Of a DNA stretch of 64,000 nucleotides, positions 50,463 to 60,298 are shown in pieces. The translations under genes and the position numbers were made by a program. The notes under the pieces were generated by a model. It ran no database searches and was not told where the DNA came from. It saw only the letters and a list, made by a program, of their open reading frames with translations. Numbering within the stretch: position 1 is the stretch's first letter; every line of letters begins with the position of its first letter. This DNA is from an uncultured SAR86 cluster bacterium. Lineage in GTDB: Bacteria; Pseudomonadota; Gammaproteobacteria; Magnimaribacterales; D2472. Where the stretch lies: positions 2,112 through 66,111 of the forward strand of contig CACNUA010000004.1 in NCBI GenBank assembly GCA_902623535.1, given 5' to 3'.

Positions 50463-51468
50463 CCAAAATACCTATCAATTCAATGTGTCGAGTATTTACA
50501 AACTGATCAAAAATAGCAGATTTATTAATTTTTTTATTAAGCAATTTTAAATCTCGAAAAAACGTCTCGCTGTTACATGATATATATATTATCTGTTCAA
50601 ACTTTTTAATAAAATCAATTGATTCAGTTGATAGTCCTGATCTTGGTGGATCAACTAAGATAGTATCAAATTTATATGACTTAAGATCGAAATCATTCAG
50701 TCTTCTGAAGGTTTTACCAGTAAATGCTTCAATTGTTTCGAGATCAGACAATCTAGCAATATTAATATTCTTAAAGTTATTCTTTTTAATTGATGAATGT
50801 AGATGACTTATTGCTTTACGATTATTTTCAGTAGCAAATACATGATTGAAGTATTTAGATAATGGGAGGGTAAAGGTCCCGCAACCACAATAAAGCTCTA
50901 ATAGATTGCTAGATTGATATTTGATATTAAGATTTTTACAAATAAAATTGATCATTCTAGGCATTAAATAAAAATTTGGTTGAAAAAAGCTTTCATCATC
51001 TTGTTTTATCCAAAAACTTTCATTACTTAGTTTTACATTTGACCAGTACTCATTGGAACTTCCATAAATTTTTCCCCTTGATCTACCAACAAAAAGTATG
51101 TTTTTGTATTTATCTTCAATGTCTTTAATTTCTAATGCCCATTTCTTATCTAGCGGGCTGTGATAAATCAAAGTACAAATTGTCGTGGCATTATTGGATC
51201 TATAATTAATACCAAATAATTTATTTTTTAAAGTTTTAGAGCAATTAATATCATTAAGAATTTTTTCCATATTATTGCTAATCATTTTTATGGGAACATT
51301 TGATTTTGAAAAAAATATTCGTGATTCACCATCTATCATGGTGTAACAGTCATTTTTATAACCAAATTCAATTCTACTTCTAAAATTTTTTGATGGAGAT
51401 ATAAAAACTTCAGGATTTGCTGAAAGTTCATTGAAAGAGTTAACGATTTCAAGGATTTTATTATTCAC
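50455..51468 (-). CDS. trmA: tRNA (uracil-5)-methyltransferase TrmA-like
   Basis: FRSRIEF, SFFQPN, LLELYCGCGTF, VDPPRSG, YISCN, FDQF..T.HIE. Confidence 0.88.
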   Translation of the reverse strand: MNNKILEIVNSFNELSANPEVFISPSKNFRSRIEFGYKNDCYTMIDGESRIFFSKSNVPIKMISNNMEKILNDINCSKTLKNKLFGINYRSNNATTICTLIYHSPLDKKWALEIKDIEDKYKNILFVGRSRGKIYGSSNEYWSNVKLSNESFWIKQDDESFFQPNFYLMPRMINFICKNLNIKYQSSNLLELYCGCGTFTLPLSKYFNHVFATENNRKAISHLHSSIKKNNFKNINIARLSDLETIEAFTGKTFRRLNDFDLKSYKFDTILVDPPRSGLSTESIDFIKKFEQIIYISCNSETFFRDLKLLNKKINKSAIFDQFVNTRHIELIGILDD

Positions 51469-51629
51469 GTAATTAAATTAATTATTAGTAGTACAAAAAA
51501 TATAAATGAGCAGTTAATAATTAAAAATAAAAATATAAATTTTCCTAAACTTATATCTTTCATATCATTTTCTAAATCAGACGATTTTCTTATGCCAAAA
51601 AAAGAGGCTATGATACGCTTTAACCACAT
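51465..51629 (-). CDS. Small membrane protein, DUF2970-like; start probably 51629
   Basis: IIASFFGIRKS.D...D followed by a TM helix; the longer ORF start would overlap nfuA. Confidence 0.7.
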   Translation of the reverse strand: MWLKRIIASFFGIRKSSDLENDMKDISLGKFIFLFLIINCSFIFFVLLIINLIT

Positions 51630-51634
51630 TAAAT

Positions 51635-52231
51635 ATGAGCGAAATAATAACAATTACAGAATCAGCAGAGAAGTATCTAGCAAAACTTCTTGATGAAAAA
51701 AAAGATAGAAGCATGGCAGTTAGAGTCTTTGTTAGTGATCCTGGAACACCTAAAGCAGAAACCTGTCTCGCTTTTTGTAAAATTGGTGAGCATGAAGATC
51801 AAGATACATTAATAGAATTGAAGACCTTAAAGGTTTTTGTGGAAACTCGATCAATACCTTTTCTTGAGGATGCAGAAATTAACTTTGATACTGATAATTT
51901 TGGGGGTCAGTTAACCATCAAATCTCCAAATTCTAGACTTCCAAATATTTCTCCAGATAGTCCCCTTGAAGATAAAGTAAATTATGTAATCTATAATGAG
52001 ATTAATCCAATGCTTGAATCGCATGGTGGGGTTGTAAACTTAGTTGAAATAACTGACGAGGGTGATGCTGTTTTGCAATTTGGAGGCGGTTGTCAGGGAT
52101 GTGGAATGGTAGATGTAACCCTAAAAGATGGCATTGAAAAGACTCTGTTAGAAAAATTTTCTGAATTAAAATCGGTCAAGGATATTACCGATCATTCCTT
52201 AACAGAAAATGCTTATTATTCAGAATCCTGA
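51635..52231 (+). CDS. nfuA: Fe-S cluster biogenesis protein NfuA
   Basis: ITITESA..YL, PGTPKAE, GGQLTIK.PN, EINPML.SHGG, FGGGCQGC, TLKDGIE. Confidence 0.95.
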   Translation: MSEIITITESAEKYLAKLLDEKKDRSMAVRVFVSDPGTPKAETCLAFCKIGEHEDQDTLIELKTLKVFVETRSIPFLEDAEINFDTDNFGGQLTIKSPNSRLPNISPDSPLEDKVNYVIYNEINPMLESHGGVVNLVEITDEGDAVLQFGGGCQGCGMVDVTLKDGIEKTLLEKFSELKSVKDITDHSLTENAYYSES

Positions 52232-53053
52232 TAGTTTTTTAAGGTATATCATTATCCCAAACTGAGGGTGATCAAAATAGTGGACTTGCTCATTAAACAC
52301 TCTTCTATCTTCATCAATTATTAGAGTTGCAGAGCTTTTACTAATAACCTCATCTACGGGATATTGTTCAATTGTTTTTATATCACCTTCGAATAAATTA
52401 TCTATATCAATACTTATTTTTACATCATTTACATCACCTTCATTTAACAAGGCTGTATAAGCTTTACGCTTAATTTCTTTTATTCCATTAGCATTCTCTG
52501 ATAACTCAATTGTCTGACTATCAAGCATACCCAGTACATCTAGGTGCAAGTACCTTTCTTTGTATGTTTTGATGTATAAATTAAGTTCATTAGCAATAAC
52601 GTTAACAAATTTTGAACTATTGCTGTCAAAAACGCCCTGAACCCAACTTCCTGAATCAATTAACTCATAATCAGATCTTCTCTCTATTCTTCGTTTAAAA
52701 GTTTCTAATTTAGTGAGAGATTTATTTTCATTAAACCAAAGTTGGGGATTTGGATTAGCTAAAGGTTCCTGAGTTAAAGTTTCTACCTCTTTTTCCTCAT
52801 AAATAATTTCACCTATTGAATCCAATGATTCATATTTACTATTAAATGATTCATCTAAATTTCTTATGACTATCTCATTAGTATCTTTCTTTAATGAAAT
52901 TACTGAAGATGGGCTAATTGATAACTCTTTTAGGGTAAAAACTTCATCAGTGGTAAATTGCAAATTCTTAAACACCACATATTCAATAAGGTATTCATCG
53001 CTTCTTGCAGAGGTAATAAAGAAAATTGCAAATATAACTTTAAATAAGTGCAT
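52220..53053 (-). CDS. CsiV-like periplasmic protein
   Basis: Signal peptide, Y.IEYVVF, W.Q, RYLHLD, E.RR....VHYFDHPQFGI; directly downstream of mfd, as in other gammaproteobacteria. Confidence 0.75.
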   Translation of the reverse strand: MHLFKVIFAIFFITSARSDEYLIEYVVFKNLQFTTDEVFTLKELSISPSSVISLKKDTNEIVIRNLDESFNSKYESLDSIGEIIYEEKEVETLTQEPLANPNPQLWFNENKSLTKLETFKRRIERRSDYELIDSGSWVQGVFDSNSSKFVNVIANELNLYIKTYKERYLHLDVLGMLDSQTIELSENANGIKEIKRKAYTALLNEGDVNDVKISIDIDNLFEGDIKTIEQYPVDEVISKSSATLIIDEDRRVFNEQVHYFDHPQFGIMIYLKKLSGF

Positions 53054-56000
53054 TTATGAAACTTTTGATCTGTTGTCTCGCATCATTGCTTTTTAATTTT
53101 AAATTAATTTTATTTTCAGCATTAAGTTTAAATTCATATAAATTAGAATTCATTAGTTCCATAAATTTTTTAAAATTCTCATCGCTTATCGGTTTAATAA
53201 ACTTGAACTGCAAAAAATTATTTCTATTGAGATAGATATTGGAAATACCAATTTCAGTTGCAGTTAACGCAATCTCTGCATCATATAATAAGTTATTCAC
53301 TGGATTTGGAAGTTTTCCACATTGATCAACAAGTTCTTTTGAAATCATTTTAATATCTTCCACATTTTTGCATGCAGAAATTTTTCTGTAGTATTTCAAT
53401 CTGTCTGTCATTGAGGGAAGGTATTGCTCAGGTATAAGCGACTTATCACCTAGATTGATTTCAAAGTCTATCTTATTTTTATCATCAATTCCTTTCAATT
53501 GATTTATACAATCCTTAAGAATAGATAAATATAGAGTTAATCCAATCTCTTCAATATGACCTGACTGTTTTTCTCCTAAAAATTGTCCAGCTCCTCTGAG
53601 CTCTAAGTCCTCTTGTGCAATAAAATATCCAGCACCAAGAGCTGAGTGCCTAGAGAGTACTTCGAGTCTGTTATCTGCGTGTTTAGGAATGTATTTATCA
53701 GGGATTAAATAATAACAATATGCCTGCTTTGATGATCGACCAACCCGTCCCCGAAGTTGATGTAATTGAGCTAATCCAAACTTGTGCGCATTATCAACAA
53801 TAATAGTATTTGCATTTGGTATGTCTAAGCCCATTTCAACAATTGTTGTGCAAATTAAAACATCTAGCTCTCCTGTACTAAATGCATTCATTTGTTGTTT
53901 TATTTCAGATTTTTTGAGTTGACCATGAGCTATACCAATTCTTATATTAGGCATCAATTGTAATAAATACGCTTTAGTACCTTCATGCTGAGATATATCA
54001 TTTGTAACGTAAAACACTTGTCCGTTTCGAGAAATCTCCCTTTGTATTGAAGATTTAATAGTTTGATTTTCATGAACCTTGACGAATGTTTTTGTAGATA
54101 TTCTATTACTCGGTGGAGAATACAGATAAGAAAAATCCTTCAACCCTGAGAAAATATAATTTAGTGTTTTAGGGATTGGAGTTGCAGAAAGATAAAGTAT
54201 GTGAATGCCTGTCTGTCTCGATTTTATAAACTCTTTTTGTTTGGTACCAAAACGATGCTCTTCATCTATGACCAATAATCCCACACTGCTAAAATCAATG
54301 TCGCTGTTAAGGAGTGCATGGGTACCAATAAGAATATCAATTTTCCTATTATTAAAGTTGTAAATAATATTATTTTTTTCTTTAACTGTTTTATGACGTG
54401 ACAAACCTTCAATTAGGTATGGAAAATTTTTAAATCGAATTTTAAATGTTTCTAGGTGCTGGCTCACTAGAACTGTACTAGGGCATAGAATAATGATTTG
54501 TTTTTGATTATAGGCAACTAAATTTGTTGCTCTCATAGCTACTTCTGTCTTTCCAAATCCTACATCACCGCATATTACACGGTTCATTGGTTTAATAAGT
54601 TTTAAATCTTTGTATACATCATTGATACAAGTAAGTTGATCTTTGGTTAATTGATATGGAAAAGAATTATTAAAATCAGCATCAATTTTTAAATCTAATC
54701 TCATTGGTATAGAGGTTGAGATTGATCTCTTAGATTCGATATCTAACAATTCAATAGCTAAGTCGTTTACCTTATCTTTTATCTTTTTTTTCTTATTAAC
54801 CCATTTCTTTGACGACAATGAATCTAAGGGATGATCGATATTATTTCTTTGAAATTTACTTAATAGATAATGTTGCCGAGTCGGTATAAATAGTTTCTCA
54901 TTATCTTGGTAAACAATCTCTAAAAACTCTTCTTCATGATTACTTGTAGTAACATTCTTGAGTCCCTCATATATACCTATTCCATATGATTCATGGACAA
55001 CATAATCACCTTCATTAAAATTAATTGATTCAATTAATGAATCTGACTTAGCTTCATCGGTGACAACCGGTTGTAGGTAATTAGATGATTGGATATTTTC
55101 TATATGCAATAGCAGAGTGCTACCTAATACCTGTGATCTTAAATTATTCTGCTTGGTTAGATAAAAACCTTTATTTTTAATATCTTCAGCATGATACATT
55201 AATTCAATATTGGGAATTATTTTCTTAACTTCGTTTAAAGTTTCATCATTATTAGTTGCTATAAATACTTTCTTAAAGTTTTTTGCAGATTTTGCATCAT
55301 GAAGATCTGATATTAATTCAAAGATATTTTTTTGTTCAAGTAATAAATTATTGTCTTTAAGATTTATTTTTTTTGATCTCTCTAAATATCCCTTAAATGT
55401 TTCTAATTTTAAAAAAAGCTTTTCGACTGTAGGTATCGGTCTGTAGAGTTGACTACTTTCGATTATATATCTTTCTTTTAAATATTTATTGTATTCAATT
55501 GCAACTTCTAAAGTATTTGAGAAGCTTATAATTTCAAGATTAGGAATATATTCAATAAAGCTACTTAGCTTCATGTCCTTAAAGAAGAAAGGAAGATAAA
55601 CTTCATATCCATCTATTAATATTCCATCTGAAATACTTTTAAATAGATCTATATTTCTTTCATCAATATCAAGAAAATATTCACGCCATTGTGATTTAAA
55701 TAATCCAATCGAATCTTCATCTAAGGGCAATTCATGTCCAGATGAAAGACTAAAACTATCTATTTCATTTAAAGATAATTGTGTATTCACATTGAATTCT
55801 CGAATACTTTCTAATTCATCGCCAAAAAAATCTAATCTAATCCCATGCGTTGTGTGAGATGGATTTATATCAATGATCCCACCTCTAACGGAGTATTCAT
55901 TAAGTGAATCAACTCTTTCAACTCTTGAGTAGCCTAATTGATTTAAGATGTTTAGTACTTCATTAAAATCTATGTCAGAATTGATTGTTAATTCCTGACT

Positions 56001-56321
56001 GGCTTGAAAAAAATACTTTGGTGGCAATAAAGAAAATAAATTCTGAATTGAGCTTATAAATATGGTGTTTTTTGCTTTAGTGCAATATTTTAAAAACTTA
56101 GATCTTTTGAGAAGAACATTTTTATCAGATGAAAATTGATCAAATGGTAAGATCTCTCTATCAGGGAAATATTGAACATCGTGCTTAGTAAAAAAACTTA
56201 ATTCCTTTGAAAGCATATTGGCTTCATAGGGTGAAGAAGCAAGAATTAGATAATTTTTAGCGTCAGATGAAACGTAATCTTTAATATCGCTTATATATGA
56301 CGTAGGAATGGAGAAATTCAT
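53040..56321 (-). CDS. mfd: Transcription-repair coupling factor
   Basis: YSVRGGIID, VVH..YGIG.Y.GL, CGDVGFGKTEVA, DEEHRFG, SATPIP, QLHQLRGRVGRS, DLELRGAG. Confidence 0.97.
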   Translation of the reverse strand: MNFSIPTSYISDIKDYVSSDAKNYLILASSPYEANMLSKELSFFTKHDVQYFPDREILPFDQFSSDKNVLLKRSKFLKYCTKAKNTIFISSIQNLFSLLPPKYFFQASQELTINSDIDFNEVLNILNQLGYSRVERVDSLNEYSVRGGIIDINPSHTTHGIRLDFFGDELESIREFNVNTQLSLNEIDSFSLSSGHELPLDEDSIGLFKSQWREYFLDIDERNIDLFKSISDGILIDGYEVYLPFFFKDMKLSSFIEYIPNLEIISFSNTLEVAIEYNKYLKERYIIESSQLYRPIPTVEKLFLKLETFKGYLERSKKINLKDNNLLLEQKNIFELISDLHDAKSAKNFKKVFIATNNDETLNEVKKIIPNIELMYHAEDIKNKGFYLTKQNNLRSQVLGSTLLLHIENIQSSNYLQPVVTDEAKSDSLIESINFNEGDYVVHESYGIGIYEGLKNVTTSNHEEEFLEIVYQDNEKLFIPTRQHYLLSKFQRNNIDHPLDSLSSKKWVNKKKKIKDKVNDLAIELLDIESKRSISTSIPMRLDLKIDADFNNSFPYQLTKDQLTCINDVYKDLKLIKPMNRVICGDVGFGKTEVAMRATNLVAYNQKQIIILCPSTVLVSQHLETFKIRFKNFPYLIEGLSRHKTVKEKNNIIYNFNNRKIDILIGTHALLNSDIDFSSVGLLVIDEEHRFGTKQKEFIKSRQTGIHILYLSATPIPKTLNYIFSGLKDFSYLYSPPSNRISTKTFVKVHENQTIKSSIQREISRNGQVFYVTNDISQHEGTKAYLLQLMPNIRIGIAHGQLKKSEIKQQMNAFSTGELDVLICTTIVEMGLDIPNANTIIVDNAHKFGLAQLHQLRGRVGRSSKQAYCYYLIPDKYIPKHADNRLEVLSRHSALGAGYFIAQEDLELRGAGQFLGEKQSGHIEEIGLTLYLSILKDCINQLKGIDDKNKIDFEINLGDKSLIPEQYLPSMTDRLKYYRKISACKNVEDIKMISKELVDQCGKLPNPVNNLLYDAEIALTATEIGISNIYLNRNNFLQFKFIKPISDENFKKFMELMNSNLYEFKLNAENKINLKLKSNDARQQIKSFINALI

Positions 56322-56459
56322 CGAAGAAGTATAGATTGTTTTATAAACCTAGTTAACAATCATTTATCACTAAAAATTATACTTTTGATGAATATTCAAA
56401 TAAAATATCGGCACATTTAATGTCATAAAATCTAAATCATTTAATTAAAGGAAATACTA

Positions 56460-57635
56460 ATGGATATAAATTTTTCAGATGCAGATAATCATTTCAGACA
56501 AGAAGTTAAAGATTATCTTGAAAACAAGTACCCCAAGCATGTAAAAGAAAAACAAAATAATGGTGAGCAATTAACCAAGCAGGACATGATTGATTACCAT
56601 AAATCTCTCTATGAACAAGGATGGGCTGGATATAACTGGCCTGTTGAGTACGGAGGTACCGGTTGGTCGCCCACGCAAATCTATATCTTTCAAGAGGAAT
56701 TAGGTTATGCAAACACACCAACAATCCTGCCTTTTGGATTAAATATGGTAGGGCCTGTGATCTATACATTTGGCAACGAAGAACAAAAGAAGAGATTTTT
56801 ACCAGACATTCTTGAATTTAATACATGGTGGTGCCAAGGATACTCTGAGCCAGGCTCTGGATCAGATTTGGCATCTCTAAAAACAAAGGCTGTTAGAGAT
56901 GGCGATCATTACATAGTTAATGGTTCCAAAACTTGGACTACTTTAGCTCAAAATGCTGATTGGATTTTTTGCTTGGTAAGAACTGAGACTACACAAAAGA
57001 AGCAAGAGGGTATCTCATTTCTTCTTATAGATATGAAGACTGAAGGAATTGAGGTCAAACCCATCATTACCATCGATGGTGATCACGAAGTTAATTCAGT
57101 ATTTTTTACCGATGTAAAAGTTCCAGTAGAGAATTTAATTGGCGAAGAGGGTAAGGGCTGGACTTATGCAAAATTTCTTCTAGCCCATGAAAGATTTGGT
57201 ATTGCTGGCGTTCCAAATCAAAAATATTCTCTAAAGCTATTGAAAGATAGAACAAAAGACTTTGCTGATGATGATTTAAAAAAGAAAATTGCTGATTATG
57301 AAATTGAGCTTTCAGCACTTGAATTTACAGAATTAAGAACTCTAGCTGCACTTGCAAACGGTGGTCATCCTGGAGCAGAATCATCTATTATTAAAATTAA
57401 AGGTACAGAGCTTCAACAAAGACTTACAGAAATGTATGTTGAGGCTGCCGGTCAATACATTCTTCCTTACGAGGGACCAGAAGGATTTAATTCAAATAAT
57501 ACACCTGCCTCTAATGTATCTGATTTTAGTTCTCAGGCTGTCTCAAGATATTTGAACTTTAGAAAAACCTCAATCTATGGTGGATCTAATGAAATACAAA
57601 AAAATATTATCGCTAAAGCAATCTTAGGAGTATAA
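56460..57635 (+). CDS. Acyl-CoA dehydrogenase, PimC-like large subunit
   Basis: WPVEYGGTGW, WWCQGYSEPGSGSDLASL, WTYAKFLL.HER, SIYGGSNEIQKNII. Confidence 0.92.
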   Translation: MDINFSDADNHFRQEVKDYLENKYPKHVKEKQNNGEQLTKQDMIDYHKSLYEQGWAGYNWPVEYGGTGWSPTQIYIFQEELGYANTPTILPFGLNMVGPVIYTFGNEEQKKRFLPDILEFNTWWCQGYSEPGSGSDLASLKTKAVRDGDHYIVNGSKTWTTLAQNADWIFCLVRTETTQKKQEGISFLLIDMKTEGIEVKPIITIDGDHEVNSVFFTDVKVPVENLIGEEGKGWTYAKFLLAHERFGIAGVPNQKYSLKLLKDRTKDFADDDLKKKIADYEIELSALEFTELRTLAALANGGHPGAESSIIKIKGTELQQRLTEMYVEAAGQYILPYEGPEGFNSNNTPASNVSDFSSQAVSRYLNFRKTSIYGGSNEIQKNIIAKAILGV

Positions 57636-57638
57636 ATA

Positions 57639-58733
57639 ATGAATTTAAGCTATTCAGATGAGCAAAATATGCTCCGAGAACAAGTTTTAAAATTTTGTGA
57701 GTCAGACTATACATTCGATGTTAGGGAAAAAATTGTTGAATCGAATTATGGTCATAATCCAGAAACATGGAAACAATTTGCAGACCTTGGATGGTTGGCA
57801 GTGCCTTTCAGTGAGGAGAATGGTGGTTTTAATTTTGGTCCAATTGAGCTAGCAGTTATTTTTGAAGAATTTGGTAAAGCATTAGTAGCTGAACCATACC
57901 TCGCAAATGTTGTTATGAGTGGATCAGTGCTTGAATCATCAAGTAATGATCTGGCAAAACAGACTATAACTAGGATCATTGATGGTACAGTACAAGTCAG
58001 TGTTGCATTCTCAGAAGCAAATAATGGTTATAAATTTCATGATATTGAAACATCAGTTGATGATGGAAAGCTTAATGGAGTGAAAACTGTAGTATTGAAT
58101 GCTAGCTTTGCAAATTCATTTCTTGTTTATGCAAGAAATAATGGCAACCCTGTAATTTATTTAGTAGATGCAAAAGCAGCAGGTGTTAGCGTCAATTCGT
58201 TTAGCACAGTTGATGGTCAAAATTGTGGTGATGTTACATTTGAAAATGTGGATGTTGATGAATCCTTAATCATTAGTAATGAGAATGATGCAACACAAAC
58301 AATTAATGTAATGCTTGATTTAGCAAACTTATGCTTATGTGCTGAAGCTGTTGGAGGAATGACTGCTTCATATCTAAAGACTGTTCAATACACAAAGGAA
58401 AGAGAGCAATTTGGCCAGCCAATATCTAATTTTCAAGTTTTGCAGCACAGAATGGTAGATATGTTTATTGAAGCTGAGGTATCAAAATCACTTCTCTTTA
58501 AAGCAATGCTTCAATTGGATGGAAAGGACGACGAAGCTAGTAAGACCATATCAGGACTTAAAGCACAAATTGGTAAGTCAAGTCGTCAAGTAGGTCAGAC
58601 TGCTGTTCAATTGCATGGTGGTATGGGTGTTAGTGATGAAATGTCAATTGGCCATTACCTCAAGAGATTTACTGTTATAGATGCATTATTTGGAAATCGA
58701 AACTATCATCTAAATAATTTTAGTAATTTATAA
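57639..58733 (+). CDS. Acyl-CoA dehydrogenase, PimD-like small subunit
   Basis: WKQFADLGWL, REQFGQPI..FQVLQHR.VDM, AVQLHGGMG, FG...YHL. Confidence 0.9.
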   Translation: MNLSYSDEQNMLREQVLKFCESDYTFDVREKIVESNYGHNPETWKQFADLGWLAVPFSEENGGFNFGPIELAVIFEEFGKALVAEPYLANVVMSGSVLESSSNDLAKQTITRIIDGTVQVSVAFSEANNGYKFHDIETSVDDGKLNGVKTVVLNASFANSFLVYARNNGNPVIYLVDAKAAGVSVNSFSTVDGQNCGDVTFENVDVDESLIISNENDATQTINVMLDLANLCLCAEAVGGMTASYLKTVQYTKEREQFGQPISNFQVLQHRMVDMFIEAEVSKSLLFKAMLQLDGKDDEASKTISGLKAQIGKSSRQVGQTAVQLHGGMGVSDEMSIGHYLKRFTVIDALFGNRNYHLNNFSNL

Positions 58734-58741
58734 AAGTTTCA

Positions 58742-60238
58742 GTGAAAGACCTTACTCAAAATCCAGATCTCAGAAAAAGGGAGAAACCTGATGACTATTT
58801 TGGTGATTGGAAATGGAGAGAAGGTCTATCTGACTTAATGATACCTATAATTGGTAATCTCTACAGAAATGGTATTAACATACTGATATACGGTCAATCA
58901 TTAGTAAATAATTCATCAAGTGAGATTCTTAAAGCTCATAGATTTGCTCGCCAAGTTGATAATAACGAGCTAAGTGAACTTGAAACATTTCCTATTCTTC
59001 AAAGATTGGTAACTTTAAATCTTGCTGATTGTGAAATTGATATTGGTGAACTAACGCTTAGATGTCCATTTTTTAATGAATTAAGAGATAATCCTATAGA
59101 AAAAATTGATGAGTATCTAAACAGTGAATTGAAGTGTGTTATTGATGTTGAATCCAAAAGACCTGAGTCATCTAAAGATATTGTCTTATATGGTTTTGGC
59201 AGGATAGGAAGGTTGATGGCAAGGCTTCTAGTTGAGACAACCGGTCCAGGCAATTATTTTAGGCTTAGAGCAGTTGTTGTCAGAAAAGGGGCTAGTGATG
59301 ACGATTTACTTAAAAGAGCTTCATTGCTCAGACGTGATTCAGTCCATGGAAAATTTTCTGGGACAATAAGAGTTGATGCTGATAGTGATACATTGATTGT
59401 CAACGGTAACCCAATAAAGTTTATATATGCTAATGGTCCTGAATCCTTTAAATATTCTGATTTTGATATTGATAGACCAATCGTTATTGATAATACAGGA
59501 GTATGGAGAGATAAAGCAGCTTTATCAAAACATCTTGAAACTGGTGCTGAAAAAGTAGTTCTAACTGCACCTGCAAGAGGAGATATTAAAAATATCGTTT
59601 TTGGTGTCAATGAAGAGATACTTGATGAAAATGACCAAATTATTTCTGCAGCATCATGTACCACTAATGCAATAGTTCCTATTTTAAAAATCATGAATGA
59701 TAAATATCAAATCAATTCAGGACACATTGAGACAGTGCATTCATATACAAATGATCAAAATTTAATTGATAATTACCATAAAGGTGATCGAAGAGGCAGG
59801 AGTGCGGCGTTGAATATGGTGATTACATCAACCGGCGCAGTTAAAGCTGTTGCTAAAGCCATTCCTGAGTTAGCAAACAAGTTAACTGGCAATGCTATAA
59901 GAGTTCCAACACCAAATGTAAGCCTCGCTGTTCTTGTGCTCAATCTAAATGAAGAAGTAGAAAAGTCTGAGCTAAATACTTTTTTAAGAGATTCTGCATT
60001 CCGATCTGAATACAGAAAAATTCTTGGCTTTGTTAACTCATCAGAAATTGTTTCAACGGATTTTTACTCAAGTGAGTTTGCCTCCGTAATTGATGCGCAG
60101 GCAACCATTGCAGATGGTAAAAAAGTAACTCTATATTGTTGGTATGACAATGAGTATGGATACTCTAAACAAGTACTTAATTTAACACGAAAAATAGCAC
60201 ATATTGAGTTACCCATTTTACCACTAGCAATTAACTAA
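58742..60238 (+). CDS. gap: Glyceraldehyde-3-phosphate dehydrogenase, long form with N-terminal extension
   Basis: YGFGRIGR, AASCTTN, HSYTNDQ, RVPTPNVS, WYDNEYGYS; ~145-aa N-terminal extension. Confidence 0.94.
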   Translation: MKDLTQNPDLRKREKPDDYFGDWKWREGLSDLMIPIIGNLYRNGINILIYGQSLVNNSSSEILKAHRFARQVDNNELSELETFPILQRLVTLNLADCEIDIGELTLRCPFFNELRDNPIEKIDEYLNSELKCVIDVESKRPESSKDIVLYGFGRIGRLMARLLVETTGPGNYFRLRAVVVRKGASDDDLLKRASLLRRDSVHGKFSGTIRVDADSDTLIVNGNPIKFIYANGPESFKYSDFDIDRPIVIDNTGVWRDKAALSKHLETGAEKVVLTAPARGDIKNIVFGVNEEILDENDQIISAASCTTNAIVPILKIMNDKYQINSGHIETVHSYTNDQNLIDNYHKGDRRGRSAALNMVITSTGAVKAVAKAIPELANKLTGNAIRVPTPNVSLAVLVLNLNEEVEKSELNTFLRDSAFRSEYRKILGFVNSSEIVSTDFYSSEFASVIDAQATIADGKKVTLYCWYDNEYGYSKQVLNLTRKIAHIELPILPLAIN

Positions 60239-60298
60239 TTTCCCTAGAATCTAAAGGGTTTTAGAATTATAATTGCAACGTCTTTTTTACTGTATACA

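Noticed and set aside
60242-60262. Possible terminator between gap and nqrA (ccctagaatctaaagggtttt)
   Set aside because: The stem is short and imperfect, and the region more likely holds the nqr promoter (TATAAT nearby).
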